Assembly: GCA_964448935.1 (NCBI GenBank)
Contig: CAYVBE010000002.1
Span: forward strand, 3,594-67,593
DNA: 64,000 nucleotides
Direction of reading: 5' to 3'
DNA from: an uncultured candidatus Brocadiaceae bacterium
Lineage (GTDB): Bacteria; Planctomycetota; Brocadiia; SM23-32
In this document: piece after piece, positions 52,944 to 61,964 of the stretch
How positions within the stretch are numbered: position 1 is the first letter of the stretch
Layout: every line of letters begins with the position of its first letter
The notes under the pieces: model-generated
Databases searched by the model: none
What the model was told of the DNA's origin: nothing
Seen by the model: only the letters and a program-made list of their open reading frames with translations
Translations under genes and position numbers: made by a program

Positions 52944-55814
52944 TCAGGGGCGAGGGAGTTCGGCACCGGGCTTCGGGCAGAGGTCTTCCAGACCCTCCAA
53001 TCGGCTGCTTTCCCGGCGGGTCACCTCGTCCACGTCTGCGGCGGTGCGCATGACGGTTGGGGTGATGAACGCGATAAGCTCCGTGGTGGTGGCGCTGGTA
53101 TCCCGTTTGCTGAACAGGGGTTTGATGACGGGGATATGGCCCAGGACGGGCACCCGGTTGATGGTCTCCTGCTCGTCCCGGCGGAAGATGCCGCCGATCA
53201 CTATGGTCTGGCCGTCGTCCACCGCCAGCTCCGAGTTGAACTGCCGGGTGTCCAGGATGAAGCCGCCGAACAGCACCTCGCCGGGGCGGGTCTGGGACTG
53301 CTCGATCTGCATGGTGGTCACCACCTTGTTGTTTTTGTTGATGTGCGGGGTGATGACCAGTTTGGTGCCCACGTCGCGGTATTCAAAGCTGTCGTTGCGC
53401 GCCGTGGTGCCAGGCTCCCGCTGGGTCTCGGTGATGAAGGGCACCTCGGCACCGACGAAGATGGTGGCCTCCCGGTTGTTGTTGACCGCCAGCGTGGGCT
53501 CGCTGACGATGTCCGCGCCGAATTCCCGCTCCATGAACTGTATGAGATTGGACAGGTCTATGTCGGCGGTGAGCACGCTGTCTCTGGTGACTTCGCTCCA
53601 CTCGAACCCGAAGTTGGCCAGCAAGCCGCTGTTGAAGTCCTGGGTCTCGAAGATGGTGGAATCCGAGGTCCATCGCACGCCCTTGCGGCTCTCGTCGCTG
53701 CGGGTGACTTCGATCAGCCGCACTCGCAACAGCACCTTGGGCGATTCGACGTCCAGTTGCTTGATGAGCTGCTCCAGCACGTTGCGGTGCTGGACGGAGG
53801 TGGTGATCAACAGCGCGTTGATGCGCGGGTCGGGCACGACGCGCACCTTGCCGATCAGGTTGCTGATAGGCCGTTCATCCTCCTGGCCCCGGCGGGTGCC
53901 CATGAGCCAGGAGACATAGGCGCTCCCGGCGTCTTCCTCCTCGCGGCCGCGCTGCCCGCCGGCGCCGGGTGGGGCGAACAGCGTGTTGAGCTGATCGGCC
54001 AGCTCAACCGCGTCGGCGTGTTCCAGCTCATACACCATGGTGTTGGCGTATTCCGGCATGGCGCGGTCCAGCCGCTGCAGCAGGTCCTCGATGATGGAAA
54101 AGTTCTCCGCGTTATTGGTGATGACGATGACCGAATTGGTGGAAGGTTCCTGGACGAAGCGGACCTTGCCGTAGAGGCGGCCCACCTGGTCGTCGCCCTG
54201 AGCGCGGGAACGATAGAACCAGTAGGGCTGGCGCTGCTGGGTGTCCTCGATGCCGAATATCTGATTGAGCACATCGGTCATCTCCTTGGCGTCCACGTTC
54301 TCGATGTGGTAGATGCGGGGGGATATTTCGTCCTGGTCCACCGTCTGGTCGAGCTGCTCGATCAGGGCCTCGATCTGCTCGAAATCCTCGGGTGGGGCGA
54401 TGACGATGAGGGTGTTGGTGCGGCGCTCGGCGACGAACTGCGTCTGCGGCTCTTGGGAGCGCCGGTAGAAGTAATAGTACCCGGACCGCCCCCCGCCGGA
54501 GCCGGCGTAGAGGTCGTTGAGCTGCGAGGCAACATCCTCGGCGTCCGAATACTGCAGGGCGTAGCTGCGGGTCTGCATCTCCTGCGACTCCTCGGTGTCC
54601 AACATGCCGATGATGCCCCGGACAAGCTCGTAATTCTCCGGGGTGGACATGATGATGAGCGCGTTAGAGCGGTCGTCGGCGGTGATTTCGACGGTCTCGG
54701 AAAGCTGCTTGGTGCGGGGGCGCTTGCGCAACAGATCGCTGAGTGTGCGGGCGAGTTCCGACGCCTCCGCGTTCTGGATATTGACCACGTTCAGCTTCAG
54801 GTCCGGCGGTTTTTCCCGGTCCAGGCGCTCGATAAGGCCCCGTGCGGCTTCGAGCTTTTCCTTCGGCGCGCGTACCACCACCCAGTTGGCCGCGGCATAC
54901 GCGACCACCGCCACGGCGGCGCCCTCCTGCGGTCGCCTCTGTTGCCCGCCGCGCTGGCGTCCCTGGCCCTCGTCCAACAGTATGGCTTCCAAGATCGGCG
55001 CCACCTCGGCGGCTTCGGCGTGCTGCAGCTGGAATATCTCCACCTGCGTGCCCTCGATTTCCAGCACGTCGAGCTGACCGATCAACTCCCCTATCTTGGA
55101 GAGTGTGTCGGCCGAGCCGGTGATGACCAGCTTGTTGGAACGCGTGTCGGCCAAGACCTTGGTTTTCTCATCTATCAACGGCTTGATGAGTTCCTGGAGC
55201 GACTCGACGTCGGCGTATTGTAGGTCGAACATGCGGGTCTCGACGCCCAGCATGGCGGCCTGCTCCGCGGTGACCAGATGGATCACGTCGTCCATCTCGA
55301 CGATGGAGACGCCTTCCAGCCGCAGTGCGCTGTATATCAGCTGCACAGCACGCTCCGGTGCCATGGGTTCCGGCGCGGCGATGCTGATCTGGGCCTGGAC
55401 GTCCTTGCTCTTAACGACCACCTTGCCCGTGTGATCGCGCAGGAACTTGATGATCTGGTCAACGTTGGCGTTATTGAGATTGAGCTTGGCGGTGTCAGGC
55501 TTCTCCGGCTCCTCCAACTCTCCGGGTTTGTCCGCGTCGCTTTCGTCGGCCGGCTCTTCTTCGGCTTCGTCGTTTTCGGATCTCTGTTCCTCTGCATCGG
55601 CGGCTTCATCCTCGGGCTCCTGCGGTTCCACGCCCGCCCCCTCCGCGGCAGCGGGTTCGGACGGGGCTTCTTCGGTAACCTCCTGGGCCAGCGCCAGGCC
55701 CGGCGGCGCGGCGGGCGGCGAATGGCCGACTCCCTGGAGGCCGAAGCTGAACAGTGAAAGCAGCACCAACAACAGCATCAAGCGCCCTGCCCTGCTTAGA
55801 AGCTTTGTGTTCAT
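52944..55814 (-). CDS. gspD: Type II secretion system secretin GspD
   Basis: Signal peptide (LLSRAGRLMLLLVLLSLFSF), acidic linker, N0-N3-type repeats, and the C-terminal secretin core (VPFITETQ...YRDVGTKLVITPHIN...TIVIGGIFR...NRVPVLGHIPVIKPLFS...ELIAFITPTVM). ATG 55814 has a GGGAGA SD. The first 99 codons of track ORF 52944..56111 overlap the upstream gene and were rejected. Confidence 0.9.
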   Translation of the reverse strand: MNTKLLSRAGRLMLLLVLLSLFSFGLQGVGHSPPAAPPGLALAQEVTEEAPSEPAAAEGAGVEPQEPEDEAADAEEQRSENDEAEEEPADESDADKPGELEEPEKPDTAKLNLNNANVDQIIKFLRDHTGKVVVKSKDVQAQISIAAPEPMAPERAVQLIYSALRLEGVSIVEMDDVIHLVTAEQAAMLGVETRMFDLQYADVESLQELIKPLIDEKTKVLADTRSNKLVITGSADTLSKIGELIGQLDVLEIEGTQVEIFQLQHAEAAEVAPILEAILLDEGQGRQRGGQQRRPQEGAAVAVVAYAAANWVVVRAPKEKLEAARGLIERLDREKPPDLKLNVVNIQNAEASELARTLSDLLRKRPRTKQLSETVEITADDRSNALIIMSTPENYELVRGIIGMLDTEESQEMQTRSYALQYSDAEDVASQLNDLYAGSGGGRSGYYYFYRRSQEPQTQFVAERRTNTLIVIAPPEDFEQIEALIEQLDQTVDQDEISPRIYHIENVDAKEMTDVLNQIFGIEDTQQRQPYWFYRSRAQGDDQVGRLYGKVRFVQEPSTNSVIVITNNAENFSIIEDLLQRLDRAMPEYANTMVYELEHADAVELADQLNTLFAPPGAGGQRGREEEDAGSAYVSWLMGTRRGQEDERPISNLIGKVRVVPDPRINALLITTSVQHRNVLEQLIKQLDVESPKVLLRVRLIEVTRSDESRKGVRWTSDSTIFETQDFNSGLLANFGFEWSEVTRDSVLTADIDLSNLIQFMEREFGADIVSEPTLAVNNNREATIFVGAEVPFITETQREPGTTARNDSFEYRDVGTKLVITPHINKNNKVVTTMQIEQSQTRPGEVLFGGFILDTRQFNSELAVDDGQTIVIGGIFRRDEQETINRVPVLGHIPVIKPLFSKRDTSATTTELIAFITPTVMRTAADVDEVTRRESSRLEGLEDLCPKPGAELPRP

Positions 55815-55830
55815 CGTTCTGTCTCCCATT

Positions 55831-56547
55831 TTACTCTGATCGTTGCTCCTGCCACCGCCGGCGGGCTTCTTCCATGCGTTCCCGCATCCTGGCCCGTTCC
55901 TCGGGCGGCATGTTCTGCAGTCTGTCCTCGATTCTCTGCCGGAACTGCTCCCAGCGGGCGCCGCGCTGCGGGCGGTTCCGGCGCGACTGGGTCTGCACCT
56001 CAACCTGCGGTGGTGCCTCCGTCGGCTTCTCCCGCTCGGCGGGCTCCGCGGTCGGCGCTCTTCGCGCCGTGGGCGGCCCGGGCCGGGGTCCGTGGTTCCC
56101 CCTACCTCCACCGCCGGAGCCCATCTTCGGCCATAGGGTCAGGGTCTTCTTGTTCCCCTCTTTCTCGATGACGACCGAGTCCAGGCCGATTTCGGTCAAC
56201 TTCCAGCCGTCCGACAGCCCGGCACCAACGCCGTGGAACTTCGCGTCATTTGCCGCCCTGCCAATCAGCGCTTCTTGCCCCAGGATGCCGAACAAGTGCA
56301 GCTCCCTCTGCTTCTGTTGGCCGAAATGGCCCTTCCGGCCGATCACCATGTATTGCTCGACCTTGTCCCCCGCGTCGCGTTCGGCGTCAAGCCCGGCATG
56401 TGTTCCGCCGGATACGTCCGGCGCCAGCTCGTCCAGGCCGGCCCAGGCAATCCCCTGCCAGACAACGCAAAGGCCCAGCAGCACGGCCGCCAGCAGCAGC
56501 CAGAAGTCCACACCCGGCCTGCGCACCCTCCCGATAATTCCAGCCAT
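55831..56547 (-). CDS. GspC/PilP-like secretin-interacting inner-membrane protein
   Basis: N-terminal TM (FWLLLAAVLLGLCVVW), then a small beta domain with the GspC-HR/PilP pattern (LFGILGQEALIGRAANDAKFHGVGAGLSDGWKLTEIGLDSVVIEKEGNKKTLTLW), then an Arg/Glu-rich tail. Its position directly before the secretin is as in xpsN-xpsD. AGGAGA SD. Confidence 0.6.
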   Translation of the reverse strand: MAGIIGRVRRPGVDFWLLLAAVLLGLCVVWQGIAWAGLDELAPDVSGGTHAGLDAERDAGDKVEQYMVIGRKGHFGQQKQRELHLFGILGQEALIGRAANDAKFHGVGAGLSDGWKLTEIGLDSVVIEKEGNKKTLTLWPKMGSGGGGRGNHGPRPGPPTARRAPTAEPAEREKPTEAPPQVEVQTQSRRNRPQRGARWEQFRQRIEDRLQNMPPEERARMRERMEEARRRWQEQRSE

Positions 56548-56555
56548 GGTGTCTC

Positions 56556-57197
56556 CTATCCCTCGGACACGCGCTCGTAGGCCACGATGTCCAGACTGAC
56601 GCGCACCTGTGTGGGTTTGTTTTCCTCGTGGTGGAGCCGCAGACGGTCCACGCGCATAAAGCGCGGCCCCTTTTCCAGCGCGTGCAGCAGCTTGATCAGC
56701 GAATCTATCTTCGTTTCAGTCTCGACCTGGAAGCCGACCGGGCGAAAGTGCTCCGGCTTGAGCCCCAGGCGCGAGATGCGCTTCACGGTGAGCGATTTGA
56801 TGTTCGCTCCGGCTCCCTGGAACACCTTCTCCAGCCTTGCCTCCAGCTCGGGCAGCTCGGCGGGGTTCTCGGGCGGCTTTTCCTCCGTATCTTTGCCCTC
56901 CTCAGCGTCGGGTTTTTGCTCAGCCGGTTCGGTCGGCGGGGGCCCGGCCAACAGCCCGATCTGTCCGGCCAGCCGGTCGCGCCGCACCAGCAGGCTGCCC
57001 CGCTGCTGCGTGCGCTCGCGCAGGGCGGAGAGTGTCTCCAGGCGCGGCTCCAGGCGTTGCCCCAGTTCGGACCAGTGCCGGGCCAACGGCACGACGCCCC
57101 ACGCAATAAGCACGGTCAGGCCGGCCACCACGGCACCGGCTATCAGCGTTATCTTCTCCCGACGGGACATGTGCACGCTAAGAAAGCTCCTTTTCAA
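56556..57197 (-). CDS. GspM/PilO-like bitopic T2SS assembly protein
   Basis: Short cytoplasmic N-terminus, one TM (ITLIAGAVVAGLTVLIAWGVV), a coiled coil, and a ferredoxin-like C-terminal part (…IDSLIKLLHALEKGPRFMRVDRLRL…). The TTG start overlaps the upstream stop (TTGA); ATG 57170 is an alternative. Confidence 0.6.
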   Translation of the reverse strand: MKRSFLSVHMSRREKITLIAGAVVAGLTVLIAWGVVPLARHWSELGQRLEPRLETLSALRERTQQRGSLLVRRDRLAGQIGLLAGPPPTEPAEQKPDAEEGKDTEEKPPENPAELPELEARLEKVFQGAGANIKSLTVKRISRLGLKPEHFRPVGFQVETETKIDSLIKLLHALEKGPRFMRVDRLRLHHEENKPTQVRVSLDIVAYERVSEG

Positions 57198-58588
57198 CGC
57201 AACTCACAGTCCACCTGGAACGTCAGCCCGCCCTGGCCCCTGGCCGCCTGCCGAAACTGGGCGGAAGCGAACATGTCCGACCCCGCCAGAGCCGCCTCCG
57301 CCTTCGAGACCACCTCGACCGAGGGCGCCTTGCCGCGGATGGTCACGCGGTTCCGGGAGTCCATCTCGATATCCGTGATCTTGACCTGCCCGGGGAACGC
57401 CTCGACCACGCTGCGCAGGACGTCCAGCGTTGACCGGTAGGCGGCCTGTTCCTTCTGCATTATCTCGACCTCTTCCTGCAGAACCTGGAAGTCCTGCGTG
57501 GACTCGCGGCCGGCCTCAATGGCTGCCGAGACGGCCTCGATGCGTGCCCGCCGCAGCCCGAACGCCATCGCTATCGCGGCGACAAACAGCACCAGGACCA
57601 GCGCCGCCAGCGTGCCCGTTCGGCGCGCATCCGTCCGGCGGCCCGCAGTCTTCCATCGCCGCAGGGCCGGCACGCGCACCGGTTCTCCCGCCGACCGCCG
57701 GCGCGTCAGCTCCAGTGCCCCCGCGCAGACCGCGCGTCCGGCCGGCACTACCTTCAGGCGGGTTGCCTGTGAAATGCGCTCCACCAGGTCGATGCCCGAC
57801 GCAAGGATGAGTTTTTCCGGCATCCCATTGTGCAACGCCAGGGAGTAGTGGCGGAGGCTCTGCGCTATCTCGTCGGCCAGCCGGTCGGGTGCGGCCGATC
57901 CCGCCGCCGGTATATGGCGTGCATACGTCACGCCCTCGGGCGCCACCACGACCAGGGCTGCCGTGTCCTCGTCCACTTCGGCCACGGCGACGCCGGCTTC
58001 GCCCGGAGAGAGGTCAGGCGCGAGTTGCGCCAGGGCGGCCTCGCGCGACTCGATGGCGACGGGGGTCCGTCCTGCCCGGCGCACCGCGTCCTCCATCCGC
58101 TCAATCTCATCGGCCGGAAGCGCCAGCACGAGCACCTGCGATGACGATGTCTGCGGGTCCGTGCTCTGTACCGCATATGCCCAGACGGCGCTCTCTACGG
58201 CATAGGGAAGCTCGGTTTCCAGCCGCAGTCCGAGTATCTGGCGTATCTCCGGGTCGGATTCGGTGGGCAGGTCCAGCACGCGGCAGAATGAGCGTTCCAT
58301 GCCGGCTACGATCACGGCCTGGCGGCCCTTCCCGAAGCCCCGGGCGCGCAAGGTCTCTCTGTCCGGATCGCCCTTGAACCGGGCGACGCGCCGCACCGAC
58401 GGAGGGGATTCCCCCGGGTCGCCCTCGGCCACACGCCAGCCGTCCGGCAGGCGCTCCCAGATGGTCACGGGCCCCGCATCCGCCCCGGCGCCGGGGATTC
58501 GCTTGCGAACCCCGTTGACCAGTCCGCACCACGCGTCGGCCACGCCTTTCGGGGAAGCATCGGCTGTGCTCTGTCGGTCTTCGTTCAT
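57194..58588 (-). CDS. GspL-like protein (PilM-like cytoplasmic actin-fold domain fused to a TM and PilN-like periplasmic domain)
   Basis: PilM-like block (…VLDLPTE…IRQILGLRLETELPYAVESAVWAY…VLVLALPADEIERMEDAVRRAGRTPVAIESREAALA…), TM (LAALVLVLFVAAIAMAFGL), and PilN-like end (…VKITDIEMDSRNRVTIRGKAPS…). Confidence 0.65.
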   Translation of the reverse strand: MNEDRQSTADASPKGVADAWCGLVNGVRKRIPGAGADAGPVTIWERLPDGWRVAEGDPGESPPSVRRVARFKGDPDRETLRARGFGKGRQAVIVAGMERSFCRVLDLPTESDPEIRQILGLRLETELPYAVESAVWAYAVQSTDPQTSSSQVLVLALPADEIERMEDAVRRAGRTPVAIESREAALAQLAPDLSPGEAGVAVAEVDEDTAALVVVAPEGVTYARHIPAAGSAAPDRLADEIAQSLRHYSLALHNGMPEKLILASGIDLVERISQATRLKVVPAGRAVCAGALELTRRRSAGEPVRVPALRRWKTAGRRTDARRTGTLAALVLVLFVAAIAMAFGLRRARIEAVSAAIEAGRESTQDFQVLQEEVEIMQKEQAAYRSTLDVLRSVVEAFPGQVKITDIEMDSRNRVTIRGKAPSVEVVSKAEAALAGSDMFASAQFRQAARGQGGLTFQVDCELR

Positions 58589-58592
58589 GTCG

Positions 58593-59978
58593 TCAATCCA
58601 ACTCCCGCCACGAGGTGATTCTCACGGTGTCTTCGGTACGGTCAATGACAGCGCGCACACAGCAGAAGCTCTCCGGCTGTGCCTCGATCGGGCCGGGCAC
58701 GCCGAAGGAGCGCACGCTGAAGACATCCGACCGGACCGTTACCAGCGGGCACAGCTTCTTGAAGGTCGCCTCCTCGATGCCGGCGATGTCCAGAAGCTCG
58801 GCCACGCTCTGAAAGTTCGCCTCGGCCCTGCGGTCCACGATGGCGTTGGCCACGGCCTCGTCCACGTCCGGCAGGCAGCGCAGCACGACGACGGGCGCGG
58901 TGTTCAGGTTGATCCGCCCTTGCAGGACCTCGTCGTCTGTAGTCGTCACCTGGTCGGCGATACTCTTGAACTGTTCGACGCTGAACGCCTTTCCGCCGGC
59001 CTGGGCACGGGTGTCGTTGTCATTTCGGTTCTGCGCCTGCTGGTTGTCCCCTCTGTTCCTGCGGTTGCGGCCGCCCTGGTTTCTCTGCTCCTGCCGGCGG
59101 TTGCTGCTCTGGTCCACGCGGTCCTCTCGGCCACCGCCCTGGTTTCTCCTGATCAGATCCACGTCGAGGAGATCGGCGATGGTGGAGAACTGGTTGTTCT
59201 TTCGGTGCTCCACGATGGACTCCGCCTGGTCTTCGGAGATGCCGCTCAGCCGGCTGCTCAGCTCGGAGGCGTCGGCCTCGTTCAGATTGACCCGCTCCTT
59301 GCCGTCCACCGTCACGTTGCGCGCCGCCGAGACGCAGGTCAGATGCGCGGCCAGGCCGCGGTCCAGATAGCCGTCCTGGTTGTCCGGCGGCCAGCCGGCG
59401 TCGCCGTCGTCCTCCCACGGGTCCAGAATGCCGTTCCAGTTGGCATCCTCGCCGAAGAGAAGCACCTCGTCCATCCCTTCCGCCAGCAGGAGCTCCCGCA
59501 GATCGCGCACCGGCTCGGACTCTCCCCCCAACCCCGCGATGGCGGCCGCGATGGCCGGGTCCATGCCGGGCAGATTCTGGAGCTGCTCGGCGGTGGCGGT
59601 GTTGACGTTCAGCCGCGCCGCCTCGTCGCAAATCCCGAACTCCGGCTCGGCCTGCGGCAGGTCGTGCGCGGGGTCCACCAGCAGCGTGTAGCTGCCCTGC
59701 CCCAGCTCGACGTCACTGTAGAGGCGGTCCGACGTCTCGCGCAGTTCCGCCAGGCCCTGGGAGGCGTCGCGTGTCTGCTTCAGCTCCGCGATCGCCCGCG
59801 CCACCCCGGCCCGCGCCAGGAAGAGCGCCCGGGTGGCGTCCACCGTGCTGCGCGTTCCGCGCAGATTCAGCCGGGAGGTGAAGCTGAGGTTCAGCGCCAC
59901 GCCGCCGATCACGGTCATCAGCCACAGGACCATGACCAGGGCCACGCCGCGCCGCGGTTTGTGAAACCGTCTGCTCAC
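58593..59978 (-). CDS. gspK: Type II secretion minor pseudopilin GspK
   Basis: Leader plus hydrophobic segment lacking Glu5 (RRGVALVMVLWLMTVIGGVAL), followed by ...ARALFLARAGVARAIAEL. Three helix-hairpin-helix-like units (LNVNTATAEQLQNLPGM, VNLNEADASEL, INLNTAPVVVLRCLPDV). GTG start. Confidence 0.8.
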   Translation of the reverse strand: MSRRFHKPRRGVALVMVLWLMTVIGGVALNLSFTSRLNLRGTRSTVDATRALFLARAGVARAIAELKQTRDASQGLAELRETSDRLYSDVELGQGSYTLLVDPAHDLPQAEPEFGICDEAARLNVNTATAEQLQNLPGMDPAIAAAIAGLGGESEPVRDLRELLLAEGMDEVLLFGEDANWNGILDPWEDDGDAGWPPDNQDGYLDRGLAAHLTCVSAARNVTVDGKERVNLNEADASELSSRLSGISEDQAESIVEHRKNNQFSTIADLLDVDLIRRNQGGGREDRVDQSSNRRQEQRNQGGRNRRNRGDNQQAQNRNDNDTRAQAGGKAFSVEQFKSIADQVTTTDDEVLQGRINLNTAPVVVLRCLPDVDEAVANAIVDRRAEANFQSVAELLDIAGIEEATFKKLCPLVTVRSDVFSVRSFGVPGPIEAQPESFCCVRAVIDRTEDTVRITSWRELD

Positions 59979-59988
59979 GTTTTGCTCG

Positions 59989-60597
59989 CTATTCAGCGGG
60001 TATGGAGACCGTGGTCTCCAGGTAAAGGGGAGGCTCCTGCTCCGCCTCGTCGGCGACCGTAATACCGATCAGGATCGCCCGGGGCAGCTCGCCATCGGGC
60101 TGCCAGTCCGGAAGCCATTCCACGCCGTCGTAGAACTCCAGGTTCAGAGCCGCCACGCAGGTCCCGGCCGGCAGGATGGGGCCGCCTTCGTGGATATCGT
60201 CGTCCACCGTGGGGTCCTCGCGGCGGATGAGCCACTCGTCCTCGGTGTTCGGATCATTGTCTATGTAGTAGCCGATTTCGCAGAGCCCGCCGGCTTCGGG
60301 ATCGTCGCTCGCTCGACTCCGGTGGGCGATGAACTCCAGTGTGTCCGCATCCAGGCCCTCGTACTGCACGTCGAGCGCGATCATGCCCATCTGCTCGTGG
60401 CGGATCGCCGACCGGACGTCCCGCGCCATGGCCGCGAGTGCCCGCCTGCCGCGGCTCACCATGGTGTCAATCGTCCGTGCCCGCCGCGCCGACCGGACCG
60501 AGGCCGAGAACACGGCGTATCCCGCCGTCGCCAGCGTGGCCAGCATCATGCTCGCCACCAGCAGCTCCACCAGTGTGAATGCGCGTCTGCTTCGCAC
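59989..60597 (-). CDS. gspJ: Type II secretion minor pseudopilin GspJ-like
   Basis: Prepilin N-terminus (M)RSRRAFTLVELLVASMMLA. Size and position between gspI and gspK. GTG start. Confidence 0.7.
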   Translation of the reverse strand: MRSRRAFTLVELLVASMMLATLATAGYAVFSASVRSARRARTIDTMVSRGRRALAAMARDVRSAIRHEQMGMIALDVQYEGLDADTLEFIAHRSRASDDPEAGGLCEIGYYIDNDPNTEDEWLIRREDPTVDDDIHEGGPILPAGTCVAALNLEFYDGVEWLPDWQPDGELPRAILIGITVADEAEQEPPLYLETTVSIPAE

Positions 60598-60599
60598 CG

Positions 60600-60965
60600 T
60601 TATCGGTCCGCTTGAAGTGTCATGAGTTCGCAGCTCCGCGGCCTGCCGCGGTCCGTCCAGCTTACCTTAACCCAGACCGTATACAGACCTGCCGTATCCG
60701 TCTCGGCCACCTCGCGCGTCCACTCGAACGCGCCGAAGGGCTCCTCAAAGCCGCCGCTCTCCTCGCCGGGAATCGGCGCCGTCTCCGCCAGCGCCTCCTC
60801 CATAAGGCCCTGCGCCAGAAACGTCGCCTGCGTGTGGCTGCGGGCGTTGTCCGTCGAGCGCAGGCACGCGGTAATGGCCTCCAGACCCGCGACCACGCTG
60901 ATGCCGAAGATGACCACCGCGGCCATCATCTCGACCAGCGTGAATGCTTTCCGCATCGGCGTCAT
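60600..60965 (-). CDS. gspI: Type II secretion minor pseudopilin GspI
   Basis: MTPMRKAFTLVEMMAAVVIFGISVV...; 121 aa, GspI-typical size and layout. Confidence 0.8.
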   Translation of the reverse strand: MTPMRKAFTLVEMMAAVVIFGISVVAGLEAITACLRSTDNARSHTQATFLAQGLMEEALAETAPIPGEESGGFEEPFGAFEWTREVAETDTAGLYTVWVKVSWTDRGRPRSCELMTLQADR

Positions 60966-60972
60966 TGCCCGC

Positions 60973-61479
60973 TCACTCTCGCTCTATCGAAACCCGGCCG
61001 GTCGCGCCGACCACCTCGACCAGCAGCACCTCACCGTCCGGATCGGTCACCTCGATGAGGGCGTCCTCGGACGTCCCGTCGGCGCGGAACCAGATCGTGT
61101 TCCACTCCTCCCCGGCCGCTTCACCGTCCTCCGTTGCCTTTTCCACAAACAGCGTCACCCGGCCCGGCAACTGCGCCTCCATCAGGCCCTGCGGGCCTTC
61201 CCGCTCCTCCGCCTGCCTCCAGGGAAGGCCCGGCCGGTAGGCCGACACCCGGCATCGGGCGGTCTCCGGATCGAGTGAGACCGCCACGGACTGCCGCCGG
61301 CCCGTGGCCGCCGCGCAGGCAAAGTCCAGCGCCTGTTTGAGCCGCGCGGCCGCGGTTCCTATGCCATCGCGGTCGGCGGCCGATACCAGCGACGGCACGA
61401 TGGCGCCCGCCAGGACCGACATCACTACCAGCACCACCATCAGCTCGAGCAATGTCAGCCCACGCCGCCCGCACGCCAC
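60973..61479 (-). CDS. gspH: Type II secretion minor pseudopilin GspH-like
   Basis: (M)ACGRRGLTLLELMVVLVVMSVLAGAIVP... prepilin N-terminus. GTG 61479 lies 4 nt after the gspG stop. The longer track ORF (to 61560) would overlap gspG by 77 nt. Confidence 0.7.
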   Translation of the reverse strand: MACGRRGLTLLELMVVLVVMSVLAGAIVPSLVSAADRDGIGTAAARLKQALDFACAAATGRRQSVAVSLDPETARCRVSAYRPGLPWRQAEEREGPQGLMEAQLPGRVTLFVEKATEDGEAAGEEWNTIWFRADGTSEDALIEVTDPDGEVLLVEVVGATGRVSIERE

Positions 61480-61483
61480 CGTG

Positions 61484-61951
61484 CTACAGCGACTCTTCGG
61501 TCTCGATGTAGCTGGTGACGTCGGCGTTGTCATCCTCGCCTCCTTCCTCGCCGTCGGCACCGTACGAGATGATCTCGTACGGCATCTCGGTGTTCGTGGC
61601 CGGCGACCGATAGACGTATTCGTTGCCCCACGGGTCGGTGAACTGGGGCTTTTTCATGTAGGGTCCGCCCCACTGCTCGGCGCCCTCTTCCGGGGCGTAG
61701 TAAAGCACCCGCAGGCCCTCCTCAGTAGTGGGATACCGGCCGACGTCCAGGTAGAAGTTGTCCAGCAGGCTCTCCAGCATGGCGATGTCGGATTTGGCGC
61801 GGGACGTTCGGGCTTTCTCGGCCCGGCCCACCACGTTGGGCACGATGGCAGCCGCCAGGATGGCCAGCACCACGGCCACGATCATCAGTTCGATCAGGGT
61901 GAAAGCCAGCCGTGCCGTCCGGCGCGAGGCAGTCTTTTGATTCACGTTCAT
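61484..61951 (-). CDS. gspG: Type II secretion major pseudopilin GspG
   Basis: ...ARLAFTLIELMIVAVVLAILAAAIVPNV...AKSDIAMLESLLDNFYLDVGRYPTTEEGL..L......W.GPYMKK...DPWGNEYVYRSP....YEIISYGADGEEGGEDDNADVTSY is the canonical GspG sequence. GGAGGAG SD. Confidence 0.9.
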   Translation of the reverse strand: MNVNQKTASRRTARLAFTLIELMIVAVVLAILAAAIVPNVVGRAEKARTSRAKSDIAMLESLLDNFYLDVGRYPTTEEGLRVLYYAPEEGAEQWGGPYMKKPQFTDPWGNEYVYRSPATNTEMPYEIISYGADGEEGGEDDNADVTSYIETEESL

Positions 61952-61964
61952 CTCCTCCTATGGG

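Noticed and set aside
53136-55223. 695-aa plus-strand ORF, and 58263..60062 (599 aa)
   Set aside because: They are antisense to gspD and to gspL-like/gspK. The minus-strand proteins have definitive secretin and pseudopilin features.
55815-56111. N-terminal 99 codons of the track ORF for the secretin
   Set aside because: They overlap the 3' part of the GspC-like gene in another frame and are Arg/Pro/Gly-rich. A GGGAGA SD plus ATG 55814 gives a normal signal peptide.
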